54,601 nt of DNA from Erysipelotrichaceae bacterium (GCA_017612595.1 JAGAFL010000088.1:1-54601), one strand, 5' to 3'. Positions 1-10,306 are shown, numbered from the stretch's first letter. The notes: generated by a model from the letters alone, not told the origin. A program made the numbers and translations.

Positions 1-17
1 CTACTCCTGAAAGAAAG

Positions 18-40
18 GATGACGAAAGTCATCTTTTTTT
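18..40 (+). terminator. Rho-independent terminator, presumably ending the upstream gene (dnaN expected by synteny but not visible)
   Basis: GATGAC (18-23), GAAA loop, GTCATC (28-33), followed by a T7 run (34-40). Confidence 0.6.
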
Positions 41-200
41 CTTTATGGTCGAAAAAGGGCTTTTATTTGCCTTCTCAGCGATAAAAGACAAAAAAGGATG
101 TTTTATACAGAAAAATGAAAAAATAGACTGTAAGCCAATTAAAAGAGGAAATACGGCTTTTTTATGCTATACTGATATTAGAATTGGAGAGTATGCGCTT

Positions 201-413
201 ATGGTAATCGACATTACGACAGAGTATATCGAATTACAGCAGCTTATGAAGCTTACCGGCTGGATTTCTACCGGCGGAGAAGCCAAGATTGCGGTAAAGA
301 GATATGACATAAAACTGAACGGTGAAAAGGAAAACCGCAGGGGAAAGAAGATCTATCCCGGCGATGTTGTAGAAATAAATGGAAAGAAATATGAGGTAAG
401 AGCATGTATATAG
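201..413 (+). CDS. yaaA: S4-domain RNA-binding protein, YaaA-like
   Basis: The ORF track gives 45..413. An internal ATG at 201 is preceded by GGAGA (186-190). The product MVIDITTEYIELQQLMKLTGWISTGGEAKIAVK...VEINGKKYEV is about 70 aa, the size and sequence pattern of YaaA. It overlaps the recF start, which is the conserved dnaN-yaaA-recF order. Confidence 0.75.
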   Translation: MVIDITTEYIELQQLMKLTGWISTGGEAKIAVKRYDIKLNGEKENRRGKKIYPGDVVEINGKKYEVRACI

Positions 414-1492
414 ACAATGTAAAGTTAAAGAATTTCCGCAATTACAGAAATCAGTCAATCAATTTCACCCCCGGCATGAACATTCTGCTGGGACCCAACG
501 GTGTCGGCAAGACCAACCTGCTGGAATCCATTTATCTTCTGTCAACGACCAGAAGCCACCGCAATGATGATGAAAAGGAAATGATCACCTTCAATGAAGA
601 ATTTGCGGCTGTTGAAGGAACCGTCAATACCAAGGATGGAAGAGACCGCCTGGATATCATTCTCCATAAGAACGGCAAGACTCTTCTGATCAACAATGCG
701 GTCGTCAAGAAGAATTCCGAATTCGTCGGCCGTATTAATGCGGTTCTGTTCTCTCCGAGCGACATGAATCTCTTTGATGCTTCACCGAAGGAAAGAAGAA
801 AGCTGATCGACATGGAAATGGGAAAATTGTCTCCGAAGTACATGTACAATCTTTCTCAGTATCTCAAGTCACTCAAGCAGCGCAACGCCTTCCTGAAGAC
901 CGGCGATGACAAGGTTCTGCTGGAAACCTATACGGAAATGCTGTATGAACCGCAGATCGACATCATCAGGGAAAGAAATCAGTTCATCAACTCCATGAAT
1001 GCCTATCTTACCTACTTCTATAATCAGATCAACGGCGACGATTCCCATCAGCTGATGATGGTTTACCGTTCAATGATCAAGGAAAAGAAGGATGAAAAGG
1101 TAATGAAGAAGCAGATCAAGGAAGTATATAAGAACATTCTGGATAAGGATCTGGCTTTCAAGACCACCAACAACGGCATCCACCGCGAGGATTATGAATT
1201 CTATCTTGACGGCAAGAACGTTGCCAAGTTCTGCTCACAGGGACAGAAGCGCATGGTCATTCTGGCCATCAAGCTCTCCATCATGCAGATCATCTATCAG
1301 GTCAAGAGAGAATACCCGATCCTTCTGCTGGATGATGTCTTTTCTGAGCTCGACAGCAATCACCGCAGCTGCCTGCTGAATCTGCTGCCGAATTCCATTC
1401 AGAGCATCATCACGACAACGGACCTGAGGGAAATCTATTCCATCAAGAAATCTGATGCCAACATTCTGAACTTCGGAAAGGAAGTGAGATAG
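404..1492 (+). CDS. recF: DNA replication/repair protein RecF
   Basis: N-terminal LKNFRNY...[14 protein letters not shown] Walker A, C-terminal [11 protein letters not shown] signature, and a position directly upstream of gyrB. Confidence 0.95.
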   Translation: MYIDNVKLKNFRNYRNQSINFTPGMNILLGPNGVGKTNLLESIYLLSTTRSHRNDDEKEMITFNEEFAAVEGTVNTKDGRDRLDIILHKNGKTLLINNAVVKKNSEFVGRINAVLFSPSDMNLFDASPKERRKLIDMEMGKLSPKYMYNLSQYLKSLKQRNAFLKTGDDKVLLETYTEMLYEPQIDIIRERNQFINSMNAYLTYFYNQINGDDSHQLMMVYRSMIKEKKDEKVMKKQIKEVYKNILDKDLAFKTTNNGIHREDYEFYLDGKNVAKFCSQGQKRMVILAIKLSIMQIIYQVKREYPILLLDDVFSELDSNHRSCLLNLLPNSIQSIITTTDLREIYSIKKSDANILNFGKEVR

Positions 1493-1493
1493 A

Positions 1494-3425
1494 ATGCCTG
1501 AGGATAATAGGGATAACTATTCCTATACTTCGAAGGACATTCAGGTACTGGAAGGACTGGAAGCTGTCCGGAAGAGACCGGGCATGTACATCGCAACAAC
1601 CTCTTCCAAGGGCCTTCATCACCTGGTATGGGAAATTGTCGACAACGCCATTGACGAAGCGCTGGCCGGCTACTGTGACAGAATCATCGTTAAGATACTT
1701 AAGGGCGATGTCATTGAAGTAACCGACAACGGCCGCGGCATGCCGGTCGGCATTCATGAGAAGACCGGCATTTCCACTGTGGAAACCATCTTTACCGTTC
1801 TGCACGCCGGCGGCAAGTTCGGCGGAGGAGCCTACAAGGTTTCCGGCGGTCTGCACGGCGTCGGCGCATCTGTTGTCAACGCCCTTTCGGAATGGCTGGA
1901 AGTCGAAGTAAAGATCAAGGGAAAGAAATACTTCTGCCGTTTTGCCAACGGCGGCAAGGTCGATCAGAAACTTACGGAGGTCGGAACCTGTTCCGAGCAT
2001 GAACACGGAACCACTGTCCGTTTCAAGGCGGATCCGAAGATCTTCGATGAAACGACGGTATATGACTATAACACCATCCATGACCGCATTCAGGAACTGG
2101 CTTTCCTGAATCCTTTCCTGGTCATTGAACTGACCGATGAGCGGGTCGAAGAACCCAAGACGGTTACCTTTGAATATGAGGGCGGCATTTCCGAATATGT
2201 CACCTTCCTTAATAAGGACCGGACCGTTCTCTTTGAGGAGCCTGTCCACATCAAGGGAAGCGAAGGCGACATTGAGTGCGAGGTAGCCCTGCAGTATAAC
2301 GACGGCTATGCTGCCAACGTCTATTCCTTCTGCAACAACGTCAACACGGTTGAAGGCGGAACTCACGAAGAAGGCTTCCGCAACTCCCTGACCAGAGTCA
2401 TCAACAGTTACGCCAAGGCCAACAACATGCTGAAGAAGGACGAAGACGTTCTGACCGGAGATGACGTCCGCGAAGGAATCACCGCCATCATTTCCGTCAG
2501 ACATCCCGATCCGCAGTATGAAGGACAGACCAAAACCAAGCTGGGCAACAGCGAAGTGAGAAGAATAATGTCCGCGATTTTCTCTGAGCAATTCGAAAGG
2601 TACCTTATGGAAAACCCGGACATTGCCAAGATCATCGTCAACAAGGGCATTACCGCTTCCAAGGCCCGCATCGCGGCCAAGAAAGCCAGAGAGACTGTCC
2701 GCAGCAAGAACGGCCTGGAATTCTCCAGCATGCCGGATAAGCTGACGGACTGTTCAGGCAGAGATCCGGAACTCAACGAGATCTACATCGTTGAGGGCGA
2801 CTCCGCCGGCGGTTCTGCCAAGGACTGCCGTGACCCCAAGCACCAGGCCATCCTGCCGTTAAGAGGAAAGATCCTCAACGTCGAGAAGGCCAGACTGCAT
2901 CAGATCCTGGACAACAACGAGATCAAGAGCATGATCACGGCTTTCGGAACCGGCATCGGCGAGAACTTTGACATCAGCAAGCTGAGATACCATAAGATTG
3001 TCATCATGACCGATGCTGACGTCGACGGCGCTCACATCAGGATTCTTTTGCTGACCTTTTTCTACCGCTTCTTCCGGGAGATCATCGAAGGCGGTTACGT
3101 CTATGTCGCCCAGCCACCGCTGTACCGCGTGCAGAAGGGCAACAACATCCGCTACGCCTATTCCGACAATCAGCTGGAAGAAATCAAGAGCGAGTTCGGC
3201 GAAAGATTCTCTCTGCAGAGATACAAGGGTCTTGGTGAAATGGACCCCAGCCAGCTCTGGGAAACAACCATGAACCCCAATAACCGGACATTGCTTCAGG
3301 TAAACATTGACAACGCCATCGAGGCTGACAAGTACTTCTCGATGCTGATGGGCGACGAAGTCGAACCGCGTAAGAACTACATCATGGAGAACGCGCAGTT
3401 CGTCCGTAATCTGGATATTGTCTAG
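1494..3425 (+). CDS. gyrB: DNA gyrase subunit B
   Basis: [39 protein letters not shown], the [10 protein letters not shown] Toprim motif, [10 protein letters not shown] and QRYKGLGEM. Confidence 0.98.
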   Translation: MPEDNRDNYSYTSKDIQVLEGLEAVRKRPGMYIATTSSKGLHHLVWEIVDNAIDEALAGYCDRIIVKILKGDVIEVTDNGRGMPVGIHEKTGISTVETIFTVLHAGGKFGGGAYKVSGGLHGVGASVVNALSEWLEVEVKIKGKKYFCRFANGGKVDQKLTEVGTCSEHEHGTTVRFKADPKIFDETTVYDYNTIHDRIQELAFLNPFLVIELTDERVEEPKTVTFEYEGGISEYVTFLNKDRTVLFEEPVHIKGSEGDIECEVALQYNDGYAANVYSFCNNVNTVEGGTHEEGFRNSLTRVINSYAKANNMLKKDEDVLTGDDVREGITAIISVRHPDPQYEGQTKTKLGNSEVRRIMSAIFSEQFERYLMENPDIAKIIVNKGITASKARIAAKKARETVRSKNGLEFSSMPDKLTDCSGRDPELNEIYIVEGDSAGGSAKDCRDPKHQAILPLRGKILNVEKARLHQILDNNEIKSMITAFGTGIGENFDISKLRYHKIVIMTDADVDGAHIRILLLTFFYRFFREIIEGGYVYVAQPPLYRVQKGNNIRYAYSDNQLEEIKSEFGERFSLQRYKGLGEMDPSQLWETTMNPNNRTLLQVNIDNAIEADKYFSMLMGDEVEPRKNYIMENAQFVRNLDIV

Positions 3426-3438
3426 GAGGTGAATTTTA

Positions 3439-5904
3439 ATGGAAGAATATGATAACAACCGTTATGACAAGGTAAAATTCATCAACATATCCGGAGAGAT
3501 CAGGGATTCCTTCCTGGAATACGCCATGAGCGTTATTGTCCAGAGAGCGCTGCCTGATGCCCGTGATGGCATGAAACCGGTACAGAGAAGGATCCTGTAC
3601 GGCATGAACGAACTGGGCAACTATGCCAATACGCCATTCAAGAAGAGTGCCCGTATCGTCGGTGAAGTCATGGGTAAGTATCACCCCCATGGCGACTCAT
3701 CCATCTACGAAGCCATGGTCAGAATGGCCCAGGCTTTCTCATACCGTTACCCTTTAGTAGAGGGACACGGAAACTTCGGCAACATTGACGGTGACAGTGC
3801 CGCTGCCCAGCGATACACCGAAGCCCGCATGGCCAAGATCTCTATGGAGATGCTGAGAGACATTCAGAAGGAAACCGTCGACTTCATCGACAACTACGAC
3901 GGCGAGGAAAAGGAACCGGTCGTTCTGCCGGCGCACATCCCCAACCTGCTGGTCAACGGTTCAACCGGTATCGCGGTCGGTATGGCCACCAACATTCCGC
4001 CTCACAACATCGGCGAGACGGTTGACGCCGTCAAGGCCGTCATCGACAACCCCGAAATTGAAGTCATTGAACTGATGAACACCTGCCTGCAGGGACCGGA
4101 CTTCCCGACCGGCGGCATCATCCTGGGCCGCAGCGGCATCAAGAGAGCCTACGAAACCGGCAAGGGAACCATCTATGTCCGCGCCAGAGCGGAGATCAAT
4201 GAACTGCCGGGCGGCAAGCACGAGATCATCATCACCGAGATTCCCTACGGCGTAAACAAGAAAGCGATGTATAACAACATCGTTTCCCTGGCCAGAGACA
4301 AGGAGATCGAAGGCGTTACCAACATGGCTGATGAGTCCAACATGGACGGCATCAAGATCATCATCGAAGTCAGAAAGGACATCCAGCCGGAAGTCCTGCT
4401 TAACCAGCTCTATCACCGTACTCAGCTGCAGATCTCCTATGGCATCAACATGCTGGCGCTGGTAAACAACACGCCGATGGTCATGCCGCTGAAGAAGCTG
4501 ATACAGGTCTACATTGACCATCAGATCGACATCGTCACCAGAAGAACTCAGTATGATCTTCAGAAGGCTCTGGACAGAGCCCATATCCTGGAAGGCCTGC
4601 TGATCGCAGTCGACAACATTGATGAAGTCGTCAGCATCATCAGAACTTCGCAGAACGATGACGAAGCCATGAGCCGGCTGATGAACAGATTCAGTCTGTC
4701 CGAGATCCAGGCCAAGGCCATTCTCGACATGCAGCTCAGAAGGCTTACCGGTCTGAACCGGCTGAAGCTCGAAGAAGAATACCGGGCGCTGGAGGAACAG
4801 ATTGCCGATTACCGCGACATCCTGGCTCATCATGAACGCGTTCTGGCGATCATCAAGAGCGAGCTCGATGAGATAAAGGCCAAATACGGAGACGACCGCA
4901 AGACGGAAATCAATGACAACGAAGGCGACATCGACGACGAGTCGCTGATCCCGGTCGAGGATGTCACCGTCTGCATCACTACCAACGGCTACATCAAGAG
5001 AACGACCATTGATACCTATAAGGTGCAGAACCGCGGCGGCAAGGGCATCCGCGGCATGGCGGTCAATACGGACGACATGATTGACCAGATGATCAACATG
5101 TCGACTCACGACGACCTGCTGCTGTTCACCGACCTGGGCAAGGTCTACCGGATGAAGGGATACAAGGTGCCCAATGCCAGCCGGATCGCCAAGGGCATAC
5201 CGGTCGTCAACCTGCTGAATCTCAGCAAGAACGAGAAGGTCAAGGCCATGGTCGACGTTACAGCCGATCCGGAACTTGAGCACGAATACATGTTCTTTGT
5301 CACTACCAACGGTCTGATCAAGAGAGTCCCGATGTCGGAATTCCTTTCCATCAGACAGTCCGGCAAGGTAGCCATCGTCTTAAGAGAGGACGACACCCTG
5401 TTTGCCACGCAGCTGACCAGCGGTAACGACGAGATCATCATTGCCGGAGACAACGGCAAGGCCATCCGCTTCAATGAGCAGGATGTCCGGCCGATGGGAA
5501 GAAATGCGGCCGGCGTCAAGGGATTCAATACTGATGGCGGAAAGGTAATCGGTGTTGCGACTGACCGGATGGGCGAATATGTTCTTTCCATCACGGAAAA
5601 GGGCTACGGCAAGAAGACGCCGCTGAGCGATTACCGACTGACTCAGAGAGGCGGCAAGGGCGTTACGACCATCAACATAACCGAGAAGAACGGAAAGCTG
5701 GTTTGCCTGAAGGCCGTCAACGGAGACGAGGACGCCCTGGTCATGACTGACGAAGGAACGATCATCAGGATCTCGCTCGCTGACGTTGCCTTATACGGAC
5801 GAAACACCCAGGGCGTAAGACTGATCAATGTCGGCGACTCCAAGGTTGCGACGGTTACCGTGGTAGCCCGCGAACAGGAAGAAGAAAGCGATAAGGAGCA
5901 ATAA
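3439..5904 (+). CDS. gyrA: DNA gyrase subunit A
   Basis: [28 protein letters not shown], the [24 protein letters not shown] region, [10 protein letters not shown] containing the catalytic Tyr, and C-terminal beta-pinwheel repeats. Confidence 0.98.
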   Translation: MEEYDNNRYDKVKFINISGEIRDSFLEYAMSVIVQRALPDARDGMKPVQRRILYGMNELGNYANTPFKKSARIVGEVMGKYHPHGDSSIYEAMVRMAQAFSYRYPLVEGHGNFGNIDGDSAAAQRYTEARMAKISMEMLRDIQKETVDFIDNYDGEEKEPVVLPAHIPNLLVNGSTGIAVGMATNIPPHNIGETVDAVKAVIDNPEIEVIELMNTCLQGPDFPTGGIILGRSGIKRAYETGKGTIYVRARAEINELPGGKHEIIITEIPYGVNKKAMYNNIVSLARDKEIEGVTNMADESNMDGIKIIIEVRKDIQPEVLLNQLYHRTQLQISYGINMLALVNNTPMVMPLKKLIQVYIDHQIDIVTRRTQYDLQKALDRAHILEGLLIAVDNIDEVVSIIRTSQNDDEAMSRLMNRFSLSEIQAKAILDMQLRRLTGLNRLKLEEEYRALEEQIADYRDILAHHERVLAIIKSELDEIKAKYGDDRKTEINDNEGDIDDESLIPVEDVTVCITTNGYIKRTTIDTYKVQNRGGKGIRGMAVNTDDMIDQMINMSTHDDLLLFTDLGKVYRMKGYKVPNASRIAKGIPVVNLLNLSKNEKVKAMVDVTADPELEHEYMFFVTTNGLIKRVPMSEFLSIRQSGKVAIVLREDDTLFATQLTSGNDEIIIAGDNGKAIRFNEQDVRPMGRNAAGVKGFNTDGGKVIGVATDRMGEYVLSITEKGYGKKTPLSDYRLTQRGGKGVTTINITEKNGKLVCLKAVNGDEDALVMTDEGTIIRISLADVALYGRNTQGVRLINVGDSKVATVTVVAREQEEESDKEQ

Positions 5905-5907
5905 GTC

Positions 5908-7386
5908 ATGAAAAAACGGAAAGGCCTATGGATCATAGCGGCCATCCTGCTGCTGGCAGGCGTGCTTGCCTTCAGCAAGGGAAAGATCGAGTTCAGCACC
6001 GAGGATAATCAGCAGCTGACCTTTGAGTATGGACAGGAAATCATCCTTCCGGAGGTAAAGGCTGAATACAGCCGGCTGCTGGGATTGTTCGGCAAAAAGA
6101 GCCTTGATGTCGTTCAGACGGGCGAAATAAAAAACGAACTGGGCAGTTATCCGCTGAGTTGGAAGGCAAGCAACAACGGCGCGGAAAAAGAGATTTACAT
6201 GACCGTCAGCATCGTTGATACGACAGCTCCGGAGATTACACTGGTCCATCAGGAAGATCATTTCACGGATTTCGGCAGCGAGTATCAGGAAGAAGGATAT
6301 ACCGCCTTTGACATTCATGACGGAGATCTTACCGAAAAAGTAACGGTAACCAGCGATGGAGAAACCGTTACCTACACGGTTTCCGATCAGAGCGGAAACC
6401 AGGCCACGGCCAGTCGTCAGATCGTTTACAAGGACCTTTCCGCTCCGGTAATCACTCTTAACGGATCCTCCAGCATGAGCATCAAGGTTGGAGGCAAGTA
6501 TGAAGAAAAAGGATGTAAAGCCGTTGACAGTCACGACGGAGATCTTACCGATAGGGTAAAGATAGCCGGAAGCGTCAACACGGCAAAGGCCGGCAAGTAT
6601 ACCATCACCTACACGGTAAGCGATGAGGCGGGGAACACCGCCAAGGCAACCCGCGTAGTGACGGTAAGCAAGAAGAGCAGCAGTTCATCGGGCTCCAGCT
6701 CAGGGTCTGGTTCAAGTTCCAGCTCAGGATCCGGTTCAAGTTCGGATTACGGAACGGGATCAGGAGGCGTTGTGTACCTGACCTTTGACGACGGACCAGG
6801 CCCATACACGAAAAAACTGCTGGACATTCTTGATAAGTACAACGTCAAGGTAACCTTCTTCGTGACCGGCAACCGGGCCGATTACCGCAAGTACATAACC
6901 GAAGCCTCCAGAAGAGGACACACGATCGCCCTGCACAGCTACTCTCACAGTTACAGCAAGTGCTATACTTCGCTGGACGGTTACTGGGAAGATCTGAACA
7001 AGCTGAGCGACCTGGTCTATCAGCTGACCGGAAAGCGGTCCAAGCTGGTCAGGCTTCCGGGCGGCAGCTCCAATACCGTCAGCAAGAAGTACTGCACCGG
7101 CATCATAACCAAGATCTGCAAGTCGCTTACTGACAAGGGTTACCGATATACCGACTGGAACGTTTCCAGCGGCGACGCCGGAGGAACGACATCGGCCAGT
7201 AAGGTAGCGCAGAACGTCATCAACGGCATCAAGAAGCACAAGGTTTCGATCGTGCTTCAGCATGACATCAAATCCTACAGCGTTGATGCTGTTGAGGAGA
7301 TCATCAAGTGGGGTCTGGCTAACGGATATAAGTTCCTGCCGATGACAAGTTCGTCCCCGGTAGTCCATCACTCCATCAGAAACTAA
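5908..7386 (+). CDS. Membrane-anchored polysaccharide (peptidoglycan-type) deacetylase with two Ig-like domains and a Ser/Gly linker
   Basis: N-terminal TM anchor (LWIIAAILLLAGVLAF). Two repeats of the pattern AP-ITL...HDGDLT... typical of Ig-like (DUF5011-type) domains. Ser/Gly linker at nt 6668-6768. NodB-type motifs YLTFDDGPGPYT and LHSYSHS. It starts 3 nt after the gyrA stop. Confidence 0.8.
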   Translation: MKKRKGLWIIAAILLLAGVLAFSKGKIEFSTEDNQQLTFEYGQEIILPEVKAEYSRLLGLFGKKSLDVVQTGEIKNELGSYPLSWKASNNGAEKEIYMTVSIVDTTAPEITLVHQEDHFTDFGSEYQEEGYTAFDIHDGDLTEKVTVTSDGETVTYTVSDQSGNQATASRQIVYKDLSAPVITLNGSSSMSIKVGGKYEEKGCKAVDSHDGDLTDRVKIAGSVNTAKAGKYTITYTVSDEAGNTAKATRVVTVSKKSSSSSGSSSGSGSSSSSGSGSSSDYGTGSGGVVYLTFDDGPGPYTKKLLDILDKYNVKVTFFVTGNRADYRKYITEASRRGHTIALHSYSHSYSKCYTSLDGYWEDLNKLSDLVYQLTGKRSKLVRLPGGSSNTVSKKYCTGIITKICKSLTDKGYRYTDWNVSSGDAGGTTSASKVAQNVINGIKKHKVSIVLQHDIKSYSVDAVEEIIKWGLANGYKFLPMTSSSPVVHHSIRN

Positions 7387-7389
7387 GCG

Positions 7390-7418
7390 TTGAATTGTAA
7401 AAAAGGTTAGATTATAAT
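7390..7418 (+). promoter_or_regulatory. Sigma-A-type promoter for the serS leader
   Basis: TTGAAT (7390-7395), a 17-nt spacer, then TATAAT (7413-7418). Confidence 0.5.
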
Positions 7419-7423
7419 TGGTT

Positions 7424-7641
7424 TAACAGCTGTGAAGAGGCCAAGTAGTCAGACACCGCTTCATTGAAGAGAGACATCGGCCGGTGCGAGATGTCATGAA
7501 GAGTCTGCCGAATCCACCTTGGAGCCGAAAGCAATGCTTTCCGGGTAAAACCGTTATCTAATTAAGAAGCCGGAATAATTCCGGATAAGAAGGGTGGCAC
7601 CACGAGACATCGTCCCTTTACGGATGATGTCTTTATTTTTG
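7424..7641 (+). promoter_or_regulatory. T-box riboswitch leader (tRNA-Ser responsive) with an intrinsic terminator
   Basis: Stem I elements AGAGAG and GGTGCGAG. A candidate specifier loop GAAGAG-TCT-G, with the Ser codon TCT at 7504-7506. The conserved T-box sequence AAGGGTGGCACCACG at about 7590-7604. A terminator hairpin GACATCGTCC/GGATGATGTC (7606-7630) followed by TTTATTTTT. It lies directly upstream of serS. Confidence 0.8.
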
Positions 7642-7661
7642 AGAGAAGGAGCAGTGATATT

Positions 7662-8945
7662 ATGCTGGACATGAACTTTATCAGAAACAATCCCGAAAAG
7701 GTGAAGGAAAACATCAGGAAGAAATTTCAGGATCAGAAGCTTCCTCTGGTCGACGAGCTCATCGAACTGGACCGGCAGTACCGCCAGTTCAAGACGACTG
7801 ATGACGAACTGAGAGCTCAGAGAAACGCCATCTCCAAGCAGATCGGCGGCTTAATGAAGGAAAAGAAAGTTGACGAAGCTAACCAGGCCAAGGCCCAGGT
7901 CGGCCAGATCAACGAGACTCTTCAGGAAAACGAAAAGAAGGAAGATGAACTGTTTGAAAAGGCCCGGAAGATCCAGATGATGATCCCCAACATCATTGCG
8001 GATGACGTACCGATCGGCCGCGACGACAGTTTCAACGTTGAGGAGCAGAGATTCGGCGAACCAGCTCTCAAGGACTTTGAGATTCCCTATCACGCCGACA
8101 TCATGGCCAGATTCAACGGTCTGGACAAGGACGCTGCCGGCCGGGTCACCGGCAACGGCTTCTACTATCTGATGGGAGACATTGCCCGCCTGCACTCTGC
8201 CGTTCTGGCTTATGCCCGCGACTTCATGATCGACAAGGGCTTTACTTACTGCATTCCGCCGTTCATGATCAGAAGCGCTGCCGTTGACGGCGTCATGTCC
8301 TTTGCCGAAAAGGAGAACATGATGTACAAGATTGAGGGAGAAGACCTCTACCTCATCGGCACATCTGAGCATTCGATGATCGCCAAGTTCAAGGACCAGA
8401 TCCTGAAGGAAAGCGATCTGCCGATCACTATGACCTCATATTCTCCCTGTTTCCGCAAGGAAGTAGGCGCCCACGGCATAGAGGAAAGAGGCGTTTACCG
8501 GATCCATCAGTTCGAAAAGCAGGAAATGATCGTTGTCTGCAAGCCCGAAGATTCTGAAGCCTGGTATGACAGAATGTGGAATTATTCCGTTGAACTTTTC
8601 CGAAGCCTGGACATTCCCGTCAGAAAACTGGTCTGCTGCTCAGGCGACCTGGCCGACCTGAAGTACCGTTCATGCGACATTGAGGCCTGGAGCCCCCGCC
8701 AGCAGAAGTACTTTGAGGTCTGCTCATGCTCGAACCTGACGGACGCTCAGGCGAGAAGGCTGGGCATCAGAGTCCAGGGAGAAGAAGGCAAGTACTTTGC
8801 GCACACCCTGAACAACACGGTCGTTGCTCCGCCGAGAATGCTCATCGCCTTCCTGGAAAACAACTTGAATGCCGACGGTTCGGTCAGCATCCCCAAGGTT
8901 CTGCAGCCTTACATGGGCGGCAAGGAAAAGCTGGAAGTCAAGTAA
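7662..8945 (+). CDS. serS: Serine--tRNA ligase
   Basis: MLDMNFIRNNPEKVKENIRKK, an N-terminal coiled-coil arm, and class II motifs (YRIHQFEKQEM, GRVTGNGFYYL, NNTVVAPPRMLIAFLENN). Confidence 0.97.
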   Translation: MLDMNFIRNNPEKVKENIRKKFQDQKLPLVDELIELDRQYRQFKTTDDELRAQRNAISKQIGGLMKEKKVDEANQAKAQVGQINETLQENEKKEDELFEKARKIQMMIPNIIADDVPIGRDDSFNVEEQRFGEPALKDFEIPYHADIMARFNGLDKDAAGRVTGNGFYYLMGDIARLHSAVLAYARDFMIDKGFTYCIPPFMIRSAAVDGVMSFAEKENMMYKIEGEDLYLIGTSEHSMIAKFKDQILKESDLPITMTSYSPCFRKEVGAHGIEERGVYRIHQFEKQEMIVVCKPEDSEAWYDRMWNYSVELFRSLDIPVRKLVCCSGDLADLKYRSCDIEAWSPRQQKYFEVCSCSNLTDAQARRLGIRVQGEEGKYFAHTLNNTVVAPPRMLIAFLENNLNADGSVSIPKVLQPYMGGKEKLEVK

Positions 8946-8952
8946 TACTGAA

Positions 8953-10080
8953 ATGAAGAACAAGATCAGAGCAAAGAAGATACTTGTTGCGCTTCTGGCG
9001 ATCCTGGTCCTCTTAAGCGGGACCTATATTGGTTACCGGATCGTTTCCGAGCAGCAGAGAAGAAAGAAGATTATCGCAGCCTTTTCTGCTGAGGAAGGGT
9101 ACGACGGCGCCCTGAACGAAAGGTACATAGCCTACTATGATCAGTATTACGACGTTGCCGTATCTGAACTTCTTGAGCTGGTAAACAACGGCATTGACCA
9201 ATTGGATGTCAATTACGACCGGCGGCTGATCCGCTTCATAAAGGCGGAAGGCTTTGATTCGAAGGATATTGCCAGATACCTGGAATACAGTGACAAGACG
9301 CAGGCAGACGAGGAAACCGTGGTCGGGCTGGTAAGTCACGACATCGACAAGAGTGGCTTGGAGTATAACGGCAGACTGAAGGATATTCTGGAAGACCCCT
9401 ATTTCATCTGGGACAGAGTGGAAAGATACTGTGCCTATGACAGTTCTCACCAGGACGAAAACCTGAAGACCCGGGAGCTTGTTGAGCGCATCAACTGCAA
9501 CCTTGACATGATTCCCAAGGGCGGGGACCTGCACGCAGATCCGGAGAAAGGCGTTCTGATACTGGTAAACAACTATTATGACCTTATTGAGGACTTCGTA
9601 CCGGACGACCTGGTAGATGTCGACAAGGCGTATTCCAGCAAGGGGGCCAGAATGGATGCTGAAGCATACAGCCATTTTGTCCAGATGGCTGAAGCTGCCA
9701 GGGCGGCCGGATATAAAGTCACGATCAACGGCGACAACGGCTACCGGAGCTACAGTTATCAGAGCACTGTGTTTGAGTATTACTGTAAGATGCTGGGGAG
9801 AGAAGCCGGCGAAAAACGCGCGGCGCAGCCGGGATACAGCGAACATCAGACCGGTCTGGCCGCAGACATCGCAGTCGACAAGGCCAAGGGTTTTAACTGG
9901 CTGGCAGAGAACTGCTACAAATACGGGTTCATTGTCCGTTATCCGGACGACAAGACGGACATTACCGGATACGTCTATGAGAGATGGCATTTCCGTTATG
10001 TCGGCACAGACGTAGCTGAATACATTCACAAGACGGGGATAACCTTTGACGAATACTACGCCTGCTTCGTTGAACCGTAA
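8953..10080 (+). CDS. Membrane-anchored M15B (VanY/LdcB-like) D,D- or L,D-carboxypeptidase
   Basis: I chose the start at ATG 8953 (MKNKIRAKKILVALLAILVLL TM anchor), because the ORF-track start at 8869 overlaps the serS 3' end. Zn-peptidase motifs SEHQTGLAADI and ERWHFRYVG are present. No clear SD, so the start is uncertain. Confidence 0.75.
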   Translation: MKNKIRAKKILVALLAILVLLSGTYIGYRIVSEQQRRKKIIAAFSAEEGYDGALNERYIAYYDQYYDVAVSELLELVNNGIDQLDVNYDRRLIRFIKAEGFDSKDIARYLEYSDKTQADEETVVGLVSHDIDKSGLEYNGRLKDILEDPYFIWDRVERYCAYDSSHQDENLKTRELVERINCNLDMIPKGGDLHADPEKGVLILVNNYYDLIEDFVPDDLVDVDKAYSSKGARMDAEAYSHFVQMAEAARAAGYKVTINGDNGYRSYSYQSTVFEYYCKMLGREAGEKRAAQPGYSEHQTGLAADIAVDKAKGFNWLAENCYKYGFIVRYPDDKTDITGYVYERWHFRYVGTDVAEYIHKTGITFDEYYACFVEP

Positions 10081-10081
10081 G

Positions 10082-10188
10082 ATGTTCCACGTGAAACATA
10101 AAGCAGAGAGCCCGGCATAAGGCCGAGGCTCTTTTGTTTCACGTGAAACAAACGGCAGCAGACAGCTTCTGATGTTCCACGTGGAACA
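10082..10188. repeat. Three copies of a 16-18 bp palindrome centred on CACGTG
   Basis: ATGTTCCACGTGAAACAT (10082-10099, one asymmetric position). TGTTTCACGTGAAACA (10135-10150, perfect). TGTTCCACGTGGAACA (10173-10188, perfect). GATGTTCCACGTG also recurs as a 13-nt direct repeat at 10081 and 10171. Confidence 0.8.
10106..10135 (+). terminator. Rho-independent terminator of the carboxypeptidase gene
   Basis: GAGCCCGGC, ATAAG loop, GCCG-A-GGCTC, followed by TTTT. It is flanked by palindrome copies 1 and 2. Confidence 0.65.
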
Positions 10189-10191
10189 CTG

Positions 10192-10220
10192 TTGAAAAGA
10201 GAAGAGGCAGATGATAAAAT
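10192..10220 (+). promoter_or_regulatory. Sigma-A-type promoter (extended -10) for SRP RNA and tadA
   Basis: TTGAAA (10192-10197), a 17-nt spacer including TG at 10212-10213, then TAAAAT (10215-10220). Confidence 0.5.
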
Positions 10221-10221
10221 G

Positions 10222-10306
10222 ACAGTGGTACAACATGAGGAGTTTTAATTTGGTCAGGACGGGAACGTAGCAGCCACGTAAACGAATTGTGTGTGTACCG
10301 TTTTTG
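10222..10306 (+). ncRNA. ffs: Small (4.5S-type) signal recognition particle RNA
   Basis: GGTCAGG-ACG-GGAA-CGT-AGCAGCC (about 10251-10275) matches the universal SRP domain IV motif GGUCAGGUCC-GGAA-GGAAGCAGCC. The base pairs closing the GGAA tetraloop show compensatory changes. A terminal helix GGTACA (10227-10232) / TGTACC (10294-10299) is followed by GTTTTTG. The exact ends are uncertain. Confidence 0.75.

Noticed and set aside
45-200. N-terminal extension of the yaaA ORF (122 aa in the track)
   Set aside because: There is no RBS at 45, and the region is AT-rich and promoter-like. The conserved S4 protein is about 70 aa, and ATG 201 has a GGAGA SD.
1-200. A search for DnaA boxes or oriC signatures at the window start
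   Set aside because: There are no TTATCCACA/TGTGGATAA matches. The best is TTATACAGA with 2 mismatches. oriC is expected upstream of dnaN and dnaA, outside the window.
1443-2591. Long antisense ORFs inside highly conserved genes. Examples are 1443..2591(-) in gyrB, 3961..5283(-) in gyrA, 17635..18642(-) in mutS, 24698..26275(-) in mfd, 39741..40919(-) in ftsH, 41803..42699(-) in dusB, 48109..49026(-) in the LtaS-like gene, 50305..50934(+) and 51220..52020(+), 53383..54279(+), 43399..44067(+), 44116..44880(+), and 35366..36031(-).
   Set aside because: Each lies entirely opposite a gene with unmistakable conserved motifs. Their translations are low-complexity (rich in Val, Asp, Gly, Leu and Ala) with no recognisable motifs or RBS. 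This pattern is expected from the codon bias of the sense strand.
6668-6768. Ser/Gly-coding repetitive DNA considered as a tandem repeat (VNTR) or CRISPR-like array
   Set aside because: The repeats are short, imperfect and in-frame within a coding linker. This is low-complexity coding sequence, not a repeat array.
8869-8952. An upstream extension of the carboxypeptidase ORF that overlaps the serS 3' end, together with ORFs 8726..8956(+) and 8724..8963(-)
   Set aside because: These are out-of-frame overlaps with the conserved serS C-terminus. The TM-anchored N-terminus starts at Met 8953.
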